From an uncultured Candidatus Saccharibacteria bacterium (GTDB taxonomy: Bacteria; Patescibacteriota; Dojkabacteria; SC72; JAFGCJ01), in assembly GCA_964481345.1 (NCBI GenBank), contig CAYZTC010000001.1:7766-71765 (forward strand): DNA of 64,000 nt. Direction: 5' to 3'. Below are positions 19,184-28,675 of this stretch, piece after piece. The notes under the pieces are model-generated. The model was not told the DNA's origin and searched no databases. It worked only from the letters and a program-made list of their open reading frames with translations. Both the position numbers and the translations under genes were made by a program. The first letter of the stretch is position 1. Each line of letters begins with the position of its first letter.

Positions 19184-20656
19184 TTAGTTAGCTTGCCCAT
19201 CAATTATCAACTGGCAAGATTTATATTCATCACTACTAATTTCAGTACAACTTCCATTAATCACACAATCACATCTCTTTGTCACATACTGCATATATGA
19301 AAAGTAGCCAAACGGCCCATCATATTCACAGAAGTTAAACCTGATTGGTGGCTCTCCCTCCTCAGCAATGACTGTAGCATAATTTACCTCTGGATCACAT
19401 ATCGAAGATCCAAGCTCACTACTTTGCCATACTGCAAACATATAATCAGGCCATACACAAGCAGCCTTTGCAATTTTACCAGAACACTCGACCTTAACCT
19501 GACATGGAGTAGCAACATATTTTCTAACACTCCCACCTCCAGGAATTGTCCTTGCATCTATTTTTATCCTTCCTGCGTTACTTGTATGTTCCTCCATATT
19601 AAGAAGAACTCTAGCATCAGTACTTCCAGTACAAATCCCCATTTTTATACAATATTCAGTCGCTTTTACAAAAATACTCCACACCCCTCCCCATCCTAGA
19701 AACCCATGGTCATCGATACAGGATCTTTCAGTAGTACCTATCACCACTCTTAAATCAGAATAGTCGTCGCAAGATGCAGTATCATCAGGATATAGGTATT
19801 CCACAGTTTCAGCTACGGACATAGGTACTGGCTCATTCCCAGATATTATCCTGGGATACAGCGTTTTAGCAGAATAGGTTGGACTTGCACATCCCTTATC
19901 ACCAATGAGAGTGCTCCCCGGTGCTGATTGCAAGCACTGAGGGCTATACCATGTCTGAGTTTCTCCCTTATGCGTTGTCTTTTCTACAAAATCTAGTGAA
20001 TAATCTATACCAGCCCGAGGTGACCCATCATTCGTCTCAAATACGCTACTACCTGGTGCCTCATATATTGCCCCATAGTTATTACCCGCTACCGTCGGGG
20101 TACCATCCTTTGCATTTACCACAGCCCCTCCTGAATCTTTACCTGCAACATATGGCCATTCTCCGGTATGAATGTCATATCTATTATCTGTGCTTCCGCC
20201 CACAAATTTATTATGCCCATTCCAATACACAGGGTAGGTTATCTCGTGAACACTTAGTATACAATCTTTACTTACCCATAAACTCTCAGTGATGCCTTGT
20301 ACTGATGCAGATAAAGTAAAAGAGGCAGAATCACACACATTATCAATTGCTGGAACTTTCACTCCGTCACAATCTTCCCTCGAAGTGCCAAGTACACTTC
20401 CCGATCCACACTCATAACACGCATTTTCCTCCTCTTCCAATATATTTAGTGTTGATAAACGTGGAACATCCTGATCTTCCAAAATCCTTTTTTCCTCACT
20501 TACGCTTGAATTATCACTTAATGCTCCTGTCTCAATAAAATCCCTCAAAAATGAAAACATTATAACAAATGCAACTCCACCCACAAGAATCAGAAGAGCC
20601 ATCATTTTTTCAGATTTAAAACTCACCTTTAGCTTTGAGAAAATAAGCTTTTTCAT
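19184..20656 (-). CDS. Cys-rich membrane-anchored extracellular protein
   Basis: N-terminal TM; 20 Cys counted in the ectodomain. Confidence 0.75.
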   Translation of the reverse strand: MKKLIFSKLKVSFKSEKMMALLILVGGVAFVIMFSFLRDFIETGALSDNSSVSEEKRILEDQDVPRLSTLNILEEEENACYECGSGSVLGTSREDCDGVKVPAIDNVCDSASFTLSASVQGITESLWVSKDCILSVHEITYPVYWNGHNKFVGGSTDNRYDIHTGEWPYVAGKDSGGAVVNAKDGTPTVAGNNYGAIYEAPGSSVFETNDGSPRAGIDYSLDFVEKTTHKGETQTWYSPQCLQSAPGSTLIGDKGCASPTYSAKTLYPRIISGNEPVPMSVAETVEYLYPDDTASCDDYSDLRVVIGTTERSCIDDHGFLGWGGVWSIFVKATEYCIKMGICTGSTDARVLLNMEEHTSNAGRIKIDARTIPGGGSVRKYVATPCQVKVECSGKIAKAACVWPDYMFAVWQSSELGSSICDPEVNYATVIAEEGEPPIRFNFCEYDGPFGYFSYMQYVTKRCDCVINGSCTEISSDEYKSCQLIIDGQAN

Positions 20657-20689
20657 CTCCTTAAAGTTTACACTAGAACAATATGCCTG

Positions 20690-21700
20690 TTAAGTAATCA
20701 GCATACTGTCTCCATAGCTTAAAAACCTACATTTTTCTTTTTTAGCCTCTTCATATGCCCTCATAATAAGGCCCCTTCCAGCAAATGCTGATACTAAAGT
20801 CAAAAGACTAGTCCTAGGTGCATGAAAATTAGTGACTAGTACATCCACAACCTTAAACTTGTATCCAGGATAAATAAATAAACTGGTTTCCCCTTCATAT
20901 CGCTTTATTTTGTCACTGTCAATTGCAACACTTTCAAGTGCTCTTACTACAGTTGTACCAAATGCCCATACTCTACCTTTACATTTATTCACACAATCAA
21001 CAGCTGACTTTCCAATAGATATTTCTTCTGGATGAATTTGAAAGTCTTCTACTTTTTCGGTATTTATTGGAGCAAAAGTCCCCCATCCAACCTCAAGATC
21101 CACATAACAAACCTTCGCACCTCTATCCTTTATCCCCTTTAAACTCTTTTCAATAAGATTAAGGCTTGCAGTTGGAGCGGCGACAGAATTATCATCCTCA
21201 GCAAACACGGTGTTATACCTAATTTTATCTGAATCAACATCCTTTCTTTTGATATACGGAGGAAGCGGGACATGACCATACTTGCTCATTATTTCTTTTG
21301 CATTCCTTGCTTGTATCATGAATCCAGGATCACTCTCTTTCCTTTCAACAATTTCCAATTCATACTCATTCAATAACAGCCTGTCACCTATCTTTACATT
21401 CCTAGCCCTTCCGACAAGACAATGCCATAGGCCCTTTTCAGCATTTTTTAAAAATAATACTTCTACCCTTCTTCCCGTCCTTTTTACAGTTGGAAAGATT
21501 CTTGCCCATAATACTTTTGTTTTATTCAGTACTACCACATCATCTTTTTTAATATAGTCAGGAATATCACTGTAATGCTTATGCTGAATACTCCTAGTTT
21601 TTCTGTTTAACACTAACAACTTTGTATCACCTCTTTTTTCTGGTGGATTTTGTGCAATAATCTCTTTTGGCAACTCATAATCAAACAAACTCGTTTTCAT
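20690..21700 (-). CDS. queA: SAM:tRNA ribosyltransferase-isomerase
   Basis: FDYELPKEIIAQ, PLPPYIKR, SVAAPTASL, TNFHAPRTSL, FLSYGDSMLI. Confidence 0.96.
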   Translation of the reverse strand: MKTSLFDYELPKEIIAQNPPEKRGDTKLLVLNRKTRSIQHKHYSDIPDYIKKDDVVVLNKTKVLWARIFPTVKRTGRRVEVLFLKNAEKGLWHCLVGRARNVKIGDRLLLNEYELEIVERKESDPGFMIQARNAKEIMSKYGHVPLPPYIKRKDVDSDKIRYNTVFAEDDNSVAAPTASLNLIEKSLKGIKDRGAKVCYVDLEVGWGTFAPINTEKVEDFQIHPEEISIGKSAVDCVNKCKGRVWAFGTTVVRALESVAIDSDKIKRYEGETSLFIYPGYKFKVVDVLVTNFHAPRTSLLTLVSAFAGRGLIMRAYEEAKKEKCRFLSYGDSMLIT

Positions 21701-21752
21701 AAACTTCAACAATAATGTAAAATTCCAGCATTAACATAGAAATTATAAAGTA

Positions 21753-22682
21753 ATGAAACCAGTTAATACAGTTTTCATAGGTTCATCTTTTGAGGGAAAA
21801 GAAATTCTCAAATCACTGCATGGTAAAAAAGAATACAACATTACAGGAGTCATAACTCAACCGGATAGACCAGTTGGAAGAAAGAAAGTACTTACCCCTA
21901 CTGACATTAAATCAACTGCACTCAACCTCAGAACAGAAATATTCGAACCAGACGGTAAAGAAGAAAATTACAAAGAGATAATTGAAAAAACTCAGCCAGA
22001 ACTAGTAATATGCATCGGATTTGGAGAATTTATCCCTAAGGTTATTCTTGAATACCCCAGATATAAATGTTTAAATATTCATTATTCCCTTTTACCAAGG
22101 CTCAGAGGAGCATGTCCTGTACAATCTGCCATACTGGAAGGATTTAAAAAAACTGGTGTTTCAATTCAGATAATGGAGGAAAAAATGGATATAGGTCCAA
22201 TCATTGGACAAAAAGAGATAGAAATTGCACCCAAGGAAACAACAGCAACTCTTAAGAAAAAACTAATTCCAGCAGGCCATGACTTACTCTTCGAAATACT
22301 CCCTAAATGGATAAAAGGAGAGATCCAACCAAAAGAACAAAATCATAGCAAAGCCACATACTGTTATAAAAATGATATATCTAAAGAAACTGCTGAAATA
22401 AGCTGGGAAATTGAAGATCCGGAACAGGTTGTAAGAAAAATAAGAGCACTCATTCCTTGGCCAGTAGCATGGACTGCTCTTAATAAAAAAAGGTTGAAGA
22501 TATTTGAGGCTGAACTTGTTGAGGACGATACAAAATCAAAACCTGGAGAGATACTCAATATCAACAATGAACCAGCAATCTCGACAAAAGACCAAAAAAC
22601 AAAACTAAAGCTCCTGTCAGTCCAAATGGAAGGAAAAAATAGAATATCAGGTAAGGACTTCATTGTGGGATACAGAACCTAG
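21753..22682 (+). CDS. fmt: methionyl-tRNA formyltransferase
   Basis: ITQPDRPVGRKK, LNIHYSLLPRLRGACP, MDIGPI. Confidence 0.95.
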   Translation: MKPVNTVFIGSSFEGKEILKSLHGKKEYNITGVITQPDRPVGRKKVLTPTDIKSTALNLRTEIFEPDGKEENYKEIIEKTQPELVICIGFGEFIPKVILEYPRYKCLNIHYSLLPRLRGACPVQSAILEGFKKTGVSIQIMEEKMDIGPIIGQKEIEIAPKETTATLKKKLIPAGHDLLFEILPKWIKGEIQPKEQNHSKATYCYKNDISKETAEISWEIEDPEQVVRKIRALIPWPVAWTALNKKRLKIFEAELVEDDTKSKPGEILNINNEPAISTKDQKTKLKLLSVQMEGKNRISGKDFIVGYRT

Positions 22683-22710
22683 TAGTAATCATTAAAAAAA
22701 GATTAAAATT

Positions 22711-22842
22711 GACACTGAGGTCTAATCTCACGAAAACACTGTTCAAACAGCACAAAGCTCGATTTTCATAAAACTACAAACTGAAAAACTTAAACATTTG
22801 ATGCTACAAAGGGGAAACCTTCAGGTTAAACCTCAATTTGTC
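22711..22842 (-). ncRNA. candidate 6S-like rod-shaped RNA
   Basis: Closing stem with G-U pairs valid only on the minus strand, central bubble containing TTGAAC, inner stems, downstream U-run. Confidence 0.5.
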
Positions 22843-22929
22843 CCATCATAACAGCCTTTATTTAAAATTTTTATAACAAACACCACAAAATTCATAGAAA
22901 ATACTGTCAACCTCGGTTTTCAGGAAAAG

Positions 22930-23423
22930 CTGGACTAAGCAGTACATAAGCCGAATTCTGTCTAGATGACCATTTATCTTCCAATTCGCCAGAGGCGAAT
23001 GGACCCACAGCCGAACTCAAATTTTCAAGATGAGTGCGACATAGGGTGCGGCACTAGGCCTTGCTCCAAGCGGGGGTTACCACGCACTCTTCGATTACTC
23101 TCAGAGCCGGTGGTCTCTTACACCACCTTTTCACCCTTCCCGCCTTCGTTCTCGTCTCCGACTCGAACTACGGCGAGGTGAATCCCCACACAATAAATAA
23201 ATATTTTGGGGCTCGCCTCGTCGCAGCCTCAGCGAAGCTGAGAGCGAAGACGGGGGTTTGCTTTCTGTTGCCCTTTTATCCAAAAGATCACTCCCTTCCT
23301 GCTTTCACAGGCACTTACTCCGAATCGTCGGAGCCACAAGGAGTCCGGACTTTCCTCCCTTCGGCAAGCTCAGAGCAAGCCCCTCACTCACCAAACGGCG
23401 GTCATCAGTAATACTTAGTCCAG
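22930..23423 (-). ncRNA. rnpB: RNase P RNA (about 490 nt, with expanded helices)
   Basis: GAGGAAAGTCCGGACT, GCAACAGAAAG, GGGTGAAAAGGTGGTGTAAGAGACCACC, GGAGCAAG and ACAGAATTCGGCTTA; P1 pairs CTGGACTAAG with CTTAGTCCAG. Confidence 0.95.
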
Positions 23424-23470
23424 ATGGGATTATACCATGAAAAACAGTGATAATTAAGAGTAAAAAAACG

Positions 23471-23875
23471 TTATCTTTTAGAGAATTGTGGTCTCTTTCT
23501 TGCTTTCCTGAAGAAGTATTTCTTTCTCTCTTTCTCTCTAGAATCCCTTGTAAGTAGCTTCTCTTTTCTCAGCTCTTTTGCGGTAGATTCATCCCATCCT
23601 ACAATAGCCCTTGCAAGACCAAGTACTAATGCACCTCTTTGTCCTTTCACTCCACCTCCTTTTGTCAAAGCAGAAAAATGCAGCTTTGTTTTATTTCCTG
23701 TAACAATCAAAGGCCTATAAATTTCATCCCGATCTACCTCTAATTTATATATGTCTTCTACTGGCTTTCCATTTACTGTAGATGAAGCTTTTCCCTTAAA
23801 TACTCTCACTCTTGCAGTGGAAGTCTTTCTTCTTCCTACACCCTCCCAATATTTTTTCTTGCTATTTGTTGCCAC
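23471..23875 (-). CDS. rpsI: 30S ribosomal protein uS9
   Basis: GRRKTSTARV, GGGVKGQ, ARKRPQFSKR. Confidence 0.97.
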   Translation of the reverse strand: MATNSKKKYWEGVGRRKTSTARVRVFKGKASSTVNGKPVEDIYKLEVDRDEIYRPLIVTGNKTKLHFSALTKGGGVKGQRGALVLGLARAIVGWDESTAKELRKEKLLTRDSREKERKKYFFRKARKRPQFSKR

Positions 23876-23881
23876 GAATTT

Positions 23882-24316
23882 TTATTTCTTTAACTTAATC
23901 TCTACTGGCTTTTGAGCCTTATGTAGATGATCGCTTCCCTTATATACCATAAGCCTAACAATCATACTATTTCTAAGCTTGTTTTTAGGTAGCATGTTTT
24001 TTACAGCTGTTTCAATGACCTTTCTAGAATCTCTTTTAAGCAAATCCTTAAGCTTTTCCTGTCTAAAACCCTTAGGATAACCAGTATGTCTATAGTACAT
24101 TTTATCCTCAAGTTTTTTTCCGGTAACTTCTATTTTATCCGAATTAATAACAATCACGTGATCTCCACAATCCATATTTGGTACAAAATCTACTTTTCCT
24201 TTACCTATTAGCAAGGTAGCAATTTCAGTTGATGCCCTACCAAGTATTATTCCATCAACATCGACTAGATACCATTTTCTTTCTATTTCTTCCCTTTTAT
24301 TCCAAGTAGTATCCAT
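23882..24316 (-). CDS. rplM: 50S ribosomal protein uL13
   Basis: WYLVD, LGRAST, YYRHTGYPKG, MLPKNKL; start moved to ATG 24316. Confidence 0.96.
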   Translation of the reverse strand: MDTTWNKREEIERKWYLVDVDGIILGRASTEIATLLIGKGKVDFVPNMDCGDHVIVINSDKIEVTGKKLEDKMYYRHTGYPKGFRQEKLKDLLKRDSRKVIETAVKNMLPKNKLRNSMIVRLMVYKGSDHLHKAQKPVEIKLKK

Positions 24317-24332
24317 AAATAAGTCGACTATT

Positions 24333-25004
24333 TTATATTCCTGATCTAGATCTTGCTCGACCCTTTCTTTCAATTTCGGGCCCTTTTGTACCTCTTCCCA
24401 AGAATCTTTCACTAAGCTTTGTGAATAGACTCTTTCTCTTCTCCTCCTCCACTTTCTTTATTTCAGGTTCTTTCCTTTTTTGAGGTTTTATCTTTTTCAC
24501 TGGTTGCTTCTTAACTTCCTTTTTTTCTTCTTTTTTAGGCTGCTCTTCTACAGATTCCTTTGGTTTTTTGACAGCTTTTGCAGGTTTCTTAGACTTCTTT
24601 AGTTTTTTTACTGACTTCACTGCTTTTACATAGTCCACATAACCAAGTAGTCTAACCTCAACCATAAGTGAATTATCACCTTTTCTATACCTGGTTCTCA
24701 CTAAAGTTGTAAACCCAGACACATTTTTTTTATCTTGCTTTTTAAGAAAACCAACAAACCCAACTACCTTTTCTGCAATTCTTACTGAACTAACTCTTTT
24801 TACTAAAGAATTATCTACCTTTGTATTATCAAGACTAAAAGCATAACTAATTTGACCATCTGCATAGCTTTTTAAAACCTTCGCTTTAGATAGTGTAGTC
24901 TCTACTTTACCGTGATCCATCAACGACTCAAATAAGTTCCTCTTCATACTCCTACTATGGGAGACTTTTACATTTAGTTTTTGTTTTCTTACTCCCTTTT
25001 TCAT
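24333..25004 (-). CDS. rplQ: 50S ribosomal protein bL17 with long C-terminal extension
   Basis: Follows rpoA; HGKVETTLSKAK, SGFT, RKGDNS; K/E-rich tail of about 100 aa. Confidence 0.85.
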   Translation of the reverse strand: MKKGVRKQKLNVKVSHSRSMKRNLFESLMDHGKVETTLSKAKVLKSYADGQISYAFSLDNTKVDNSLVKRVSSVRIAEKVVGFVGFLKKQDKKNVSGFTTLVRTRYRKGDNSLMVEVRLLGYVDYVKAVKSVKKLKKSKKPAKAVKKPKESVEEQPKKEEKKEVKKQPVKKIKPQKRKEPEIKKVEEEKRKSLFTKLSERFLGRGTKGPEIERKGRARSRSGI

Positions 25005-25012
25005 TTGAAGAA

Positions 25013-25954
25013 TTATTTTTTCAACTCCAACTTATTTTTGCCCAGCATATCTAGGACTTCATCCAAGGCCTTTTGACCAAAACCCCTCATACTCATAAGT
25101 TCAGCTTCTGTCTTTTCTAGTAAATCCACTACCTTCTTTACTCCAGCATTTACAAGAGCAGATTTAGTCCTAGTAGAAAGCACTGTATCCTCAACCAGCA
25201 TAGAAGAAAAATCATCAACCTTTTTGCTGTCTTTCTTCTGAGCCTTATCTTCTTTATCCCTTTCAACTAAACCACCACCCGCAATAACCATAACTCTTTC
25301 TGAAAGATCCATAAGGATATTGGATGATTTAATAATTGCATCTTTTGGATCGATTGAGCCATCGGAAAACACGGAAATTGTAATCATATCGAGGTCCATC
25401 TTCCCACCTTTTCTTGTCTCCTCAACATTGTACATAACTCTTTCAATTGGACTAAACTTCGTATCAAGTGGAAGTCTACCTACCTCAGCCCTCACACCCT
25501 CATCTCCAAACTCATACCCGACACCTTTTTCAACAGTCATTTCCATATCAAGCTTTGAACCCTTTCCCGTAACAGTTGCAATCTTTTGTTTTGGATCACT
25601 TATGGAAACAGACTCTGTAAGATCAAGATCACCAGCCTTAACGTCTGATGGCCCTTTTACAGATAGTTTTACAACTTGAGGTTCATCACTTTCACACTTA
25701 AACTTAACCTCTTTTATATTTAAAAGCATCTCAACTACAGTTTCTTTTACTCCTTCAATCGTACTGTACTCATGGTCAACTCCAGAAATTTTTATACTTG
25801 TAACCCCAGCTCCCTCCATCGAGGAAAGAAGTACCCTTCTTAAGGCATTTGCTAAGGTGTTACCATATCCTTTTGGAAGTGGACCAATCTTAAATACACC
25901 TTTCTTCCCATCGTTTTCTACGACCTCAACATTTAAATCTGAAAAATCAATCAT
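25013..25954 (-). CDS. rpoA: RNA polymerase alpha subunit
   Basis: PLPKGYGNTLANALRRVLLSS, HEYSTIEGVKE, FSPIERV. Confidence 0.98.
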   Translation of the reverse strand: MIDFSDLNVEVVENDGKKGVFKIGPLPKGYGNTLANALRRVLLSSMEGAGVTSIKISGVDHEYSTIEGVKETVVEMLLNIKEVKFKCESDEPQVVKLSVKGPSDVKAGDLDLTESVSISDPKQKIATVTGKGSKLDMEMTVEKGVGYEFGDEGVRAEVGRLPLDTKFSPIERVMYNVEETRKGGKMDLDMITISVFSDGSIDPKDAIIKSSNILMDLSERVMVIAGGGLVERDKEDKAQKKDSKKVDDFSSMLVEDTVLSTRTKSALVNAGVKKVVDLLEKTEAELMSMRGFGQKALDEVLDMLGKNKLELKK

Positions 25955-25974
25955 GATTCTGTCATAAAAAATTA

Positions 25975-26574
25975 TTACTTAGAGTAGAACTCTATAATTA
26001 GATTTTCTCTAATTTCTTCATCAATCATATTCCTATCAGGGGTACTTAGAACCTCTCCCCCCTTTGCTGACTTTTTCAGCCAGTTTGGCGTTTTAATGTA
26101 AGAAGGTGAAGATGCCTTCTTACTTGGATCCTTCAACTCAATTTTTTCACCTACTGAAACTCGATATGAGGGAATATCAACCTTTTTACCATCAACTACC
26201 ACTTTCCCATGATTTACCATCTGTCTTGCATGAGGTCTAGAAGACGCAGTTCCCAAAAGGTATACAACATTATCAAGTCTCATTTCTAGAAGCTGAAGTA
26301 ATCTTAATCCCTTATCCCCTCTAAAGGAAGTTGCCTCCTTATACAACTTTTTCATTTGAGCCTCATTTAAACCATACACCCTTTTAACCTTCTGTTTTTC
26401 CCTTAGCTGTTGTCCATAGTTTGAAAGCCTTGTATGAAAAAATGAGGTTTTACCAGGAAGACTTTGCTTTCTGGTTAAAGCACATTTCTCTGTAAAGCAT
26501 CTCTCTCCCTTCAGATAGAGTTTCGTCTGCTCTCTTCTACATAATTTGCATTTACTATCTGTAATTCTTGACAT
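25975..26574 (-). CDS. rpsD: 30S ribosomal protein uS4
   Basis: CKLCRRE, QLREKQK, LEMRLDNVV, IIEFYSK. Confidence 0.98.
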   Translation of the reverse strand: MSRITDSKCKLCRREQTKLYLKGERCFTEKCALTRKQSLPGKTSFFHTRLSNYGQQLREKQKVKRVYGLNEAQMKKLYKEATSFRGDKGLRLLQLLEMRLDNVVYLLGTASSRPHARQMVNHGKVVVDGKKVDIPSYRVSVGEKIELKDPSKKASSPSYIKTPNWLKKSAKGGEVLSTPDRNMIDEEIRENLIIEFYSK

Positions 26575-26590
26575 AAATTATTAATAAAAT

Positions 26591-27079
26591 CTAATTTCTA
26601 GGTCTCTTCCTTGGCCTACAACCATTAAAGGGAAGTGTCGTAACATCTGCAAGTGAAGAAATTCTTAATCCCGCAGAATCCAACCCTTTTACTGCCGCAT
26701 TCCTTCCAGAACCAGGGCCTTTGATAAATACTTTTGCTTCTATTATTCCATACTTTTGTGCCTTTCCTGCAGCATCCTGAGCAGCTTTTGTTGCTGCAAA
26801 AGCTGTACTTTTTTTCGTACCTCTAAATCCAACAACTCCCGCGCTACTTGAAGATAAAACATTTCCATCAGGATCAGTGATTGTTATCATTGTGTTATTG
26901 AAACTTGCATTGATATATACGTTACACTGTGGGACTTTTTTTCTGGCTTTAGACTTTTTTACAGGCTTTTTCGTGGATGTTTTCGTAGGCTTTTTTTCAG
27001 ATTTTTTAACAGACTTTTTTGCAGACTTTTTTACCTTTTCTTCCTTCTTTGGTTTTGTCTTTTCTGTAGTCTTAGCCAT
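26591..27079 (-). CDS. rpsK: 30S ribosomal protein uS11 (Lys-rich N-terminal extension)
   Basis: ASFNNT, GFRGTKKSTAFAA, NGCRP. Confidence 0.97.
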   Translation of the reverse strand: MAKTTEKTKPKKEEKVKKSAKKSVKKSEKKPTKTSTKKPVKKSKARKKVPQCNVYINASFNNTMITITDPDGNVLSSSSAGVVGFRGTKKSTAFAATKAAQDAAGKAQKYGIIEAKVFIKGPGSGRNAAVKGLDSAGLRISSLADVTTLPFNGCRPRKRPRN

Positions 27080-27095
27080 CTGTTAAAGATAAATA

Positions 27096-27476
27096 TTACG
27101 TCTTTTCAAGTATTCTCTTAAGCCCACCGACAGGAAGATTTTTTCCTTTTCTAGTACGAGCATTATGTCTTGTCCTTTGACCTCTTACTGGTAATCCAAG
27201 TTTGTGCCTAAGCCCTCTATAACATCTGATATCCTGAAGTCTTTTAATATTCCTAAACTTTATCTGCCTTAACTCACCCTCAAGCTTCATCTTCTCCAAA
27301 ATTTCTCTTAATCTTGAAGACTCTGCAGATGTGATGTCCTTCAACCTTTTTTCAGAGTTAATATTTGCCTGTTTCAATATCTCTAATGATTTCGAATCAC
27401 CAATACCATAAATATAGGTTAATGAAACCTTTATCTTTTTCTCATCCGGTATTTCAACTCCTACAAACCTTGCCAC
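27096..27476 (-). CDS. rpsM: 30S ribosomal protein uS13
   Basis: LTYIYGIG, YRGLRHKLGLPVRGQRT. Confidence 0.98.
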   Translation of the reverse strand: MARFVGVEIPDEKKIKVSLTYIYGIGDSKSLEILKQANINSEKRLKDITSAESSRLREILEKMKLEGELRQIKFRNIKRLQDIRCYRGLRHKLGLPVRGQRTRHNARTRKGKNLPVGGLKRILEKT

Positions 27477-27498
27477 TATAAACTAAACAATACATAAC

Positions 27499-27618
27499 TT
27501 ATTTACCCTGCCTTTGTTTATGCTTAGGATTTTTTTTACAATACACATATACACGCCCCTTCCTTCTGACTACGTAACAATGCTCACATCTTTTTTTCAC
27601 AGATGCTTTTACTTTCAT
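27499..27618 (-). CDS. rpmJ: 50S ribosomal protein bL36
   Basis: Not in ORF track. Translates [39 protein letters not shown]. Confidence 0.97.
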   Translation of the reverse strand: MKVKASVKKRCEHCYVVRRKGRVYVYCKKNPKHKQRQGK

Positions 27619-27626
27619 TTCGACAG

Positions 27627-27872
27627 TTACTTATATCTATAAATAATACGACCTTTTGCAAGATCATAAGGGCTAATTTCCACTCGTACCTTATCCCCTT
27701 TCATAATCCTTATATAGTTCTTCCTCATCTTCCCGGAAAGGTGCCCCACTACATTATGGGATTTGCCCCCAATATCAAGACATACCTTGAACTTGGCATT
27801 AGGTAGGCATTCTTCAACCACACCCTCCACCTCAAATTTTTTGTTCTTTTGATCCTGGCTAATCTGATCCAT
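27627..27872 (-). CDS. infA: translation initiation factor IF-1
   Basis: [32 protein letters not shown]. Confidence 0.98.
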   Translation of the reverse strand: MDQISQDQKNKKFEVEGVVEECLPNAKFKVCLDIGGKSHNVVGHLSGKMRKNYIRIMKGDKVRVEISPYDLAKGRIIYRYK

Positions 27873-27937
27873 ATATCAAAATATCAAAATACCCTATCAG
27901 CACGGCGCATTATAGCAAAGAGAGATGGATATTGCAA

Positions 27938-28675
27938 TTATAAAGACGTCAGAATTTCCGGTTGTTGAGCCACAACTACAGTATTTTCAAAAAGCGCTGA
28001 TAAACTACCATCTCTAGTCCTACTTGTCCAATAATCTTTCTTCGAAATGTTTATCTCAGGCCCACCCTCATTAATTATTGCCTCTATGGCTAAAGTTTGA
28101 CCTTCATATAACAGTTCTCCAGTATTTTGTTCCCCAAGCCCCGGTATCATAGGTTCTTCATGAAGTCTTTCACCTACCCCATGACCTACCATTTCTCTTA
28201 CTACAGAATATCCTTTTCCCTCTGCAGTAGATTGTATCTCATGCCCAATATCACCAACTCTTTTTCCAGGAATAGCTACAGATGAAGCATTATCTAGGCA
28301 GAGCCTGCAAGTATTAATAAAACTCTGGGTTTTAGTATCGATAGACCCTATTCCAACTGTTCTTGCCATATCCAGATAAACCTTTTTATATATTATCCCC
28401 ATATCAATACTTAAAATTTCTCCTTCTTCCAATGGAATATTATCTGGAATGCCGTGGACAACTATATCATTTGTTCCTACACAAAGGGTATTGGGAAAAT
28501 CTTCATATCCCTTAAATGCTGGTTTTACTCCATCTACCTCACATAAACTTTCTGCAAGTCTATCAAGTTGAAGAGTTGTAACTCCTGGCTCTACATGTGA
28601 TATGATTTCCTTCATTATCCCAGCGATTATCCTACCACCCTCCCTCATTCTTTTAACTCTTTCTTTAACCTTCAT
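27938..28675 (-). CDS. map: methionine aminopeptidase
   Basis: VVHGIP, DMARTV, GHGVGERLHEEP, LAIE. Confidence 0.95.
   Translation of the reverse strand: MKVKERVKRMREGGRIIAGIMKEIISHVEPGVTTLQLDRLAESLCEVDGVKPAFKGYEDFPNTLCVGTNDIVVHGIPDNIPLEEGEILSIDMGIIYKKVYLDMARTVGIGSIDTKTQSFINTCRLCLDNASSVAIPGKRVGDIGHEIQSTAEGKGYSVVREMVGHGVGERLHEEPMIPGLGEQNTGELLYEGQTLAIEAIINEGGPEINISKKDYWTSRTRDGSLSALFENTVVVAQQPEILTSL

Noticed and set aside
22966-23440. Three plus-strand ORFs of 60-116 aa
   Set aside because: They are antisense to rnpB and arise from GC-rich RNA sequence.
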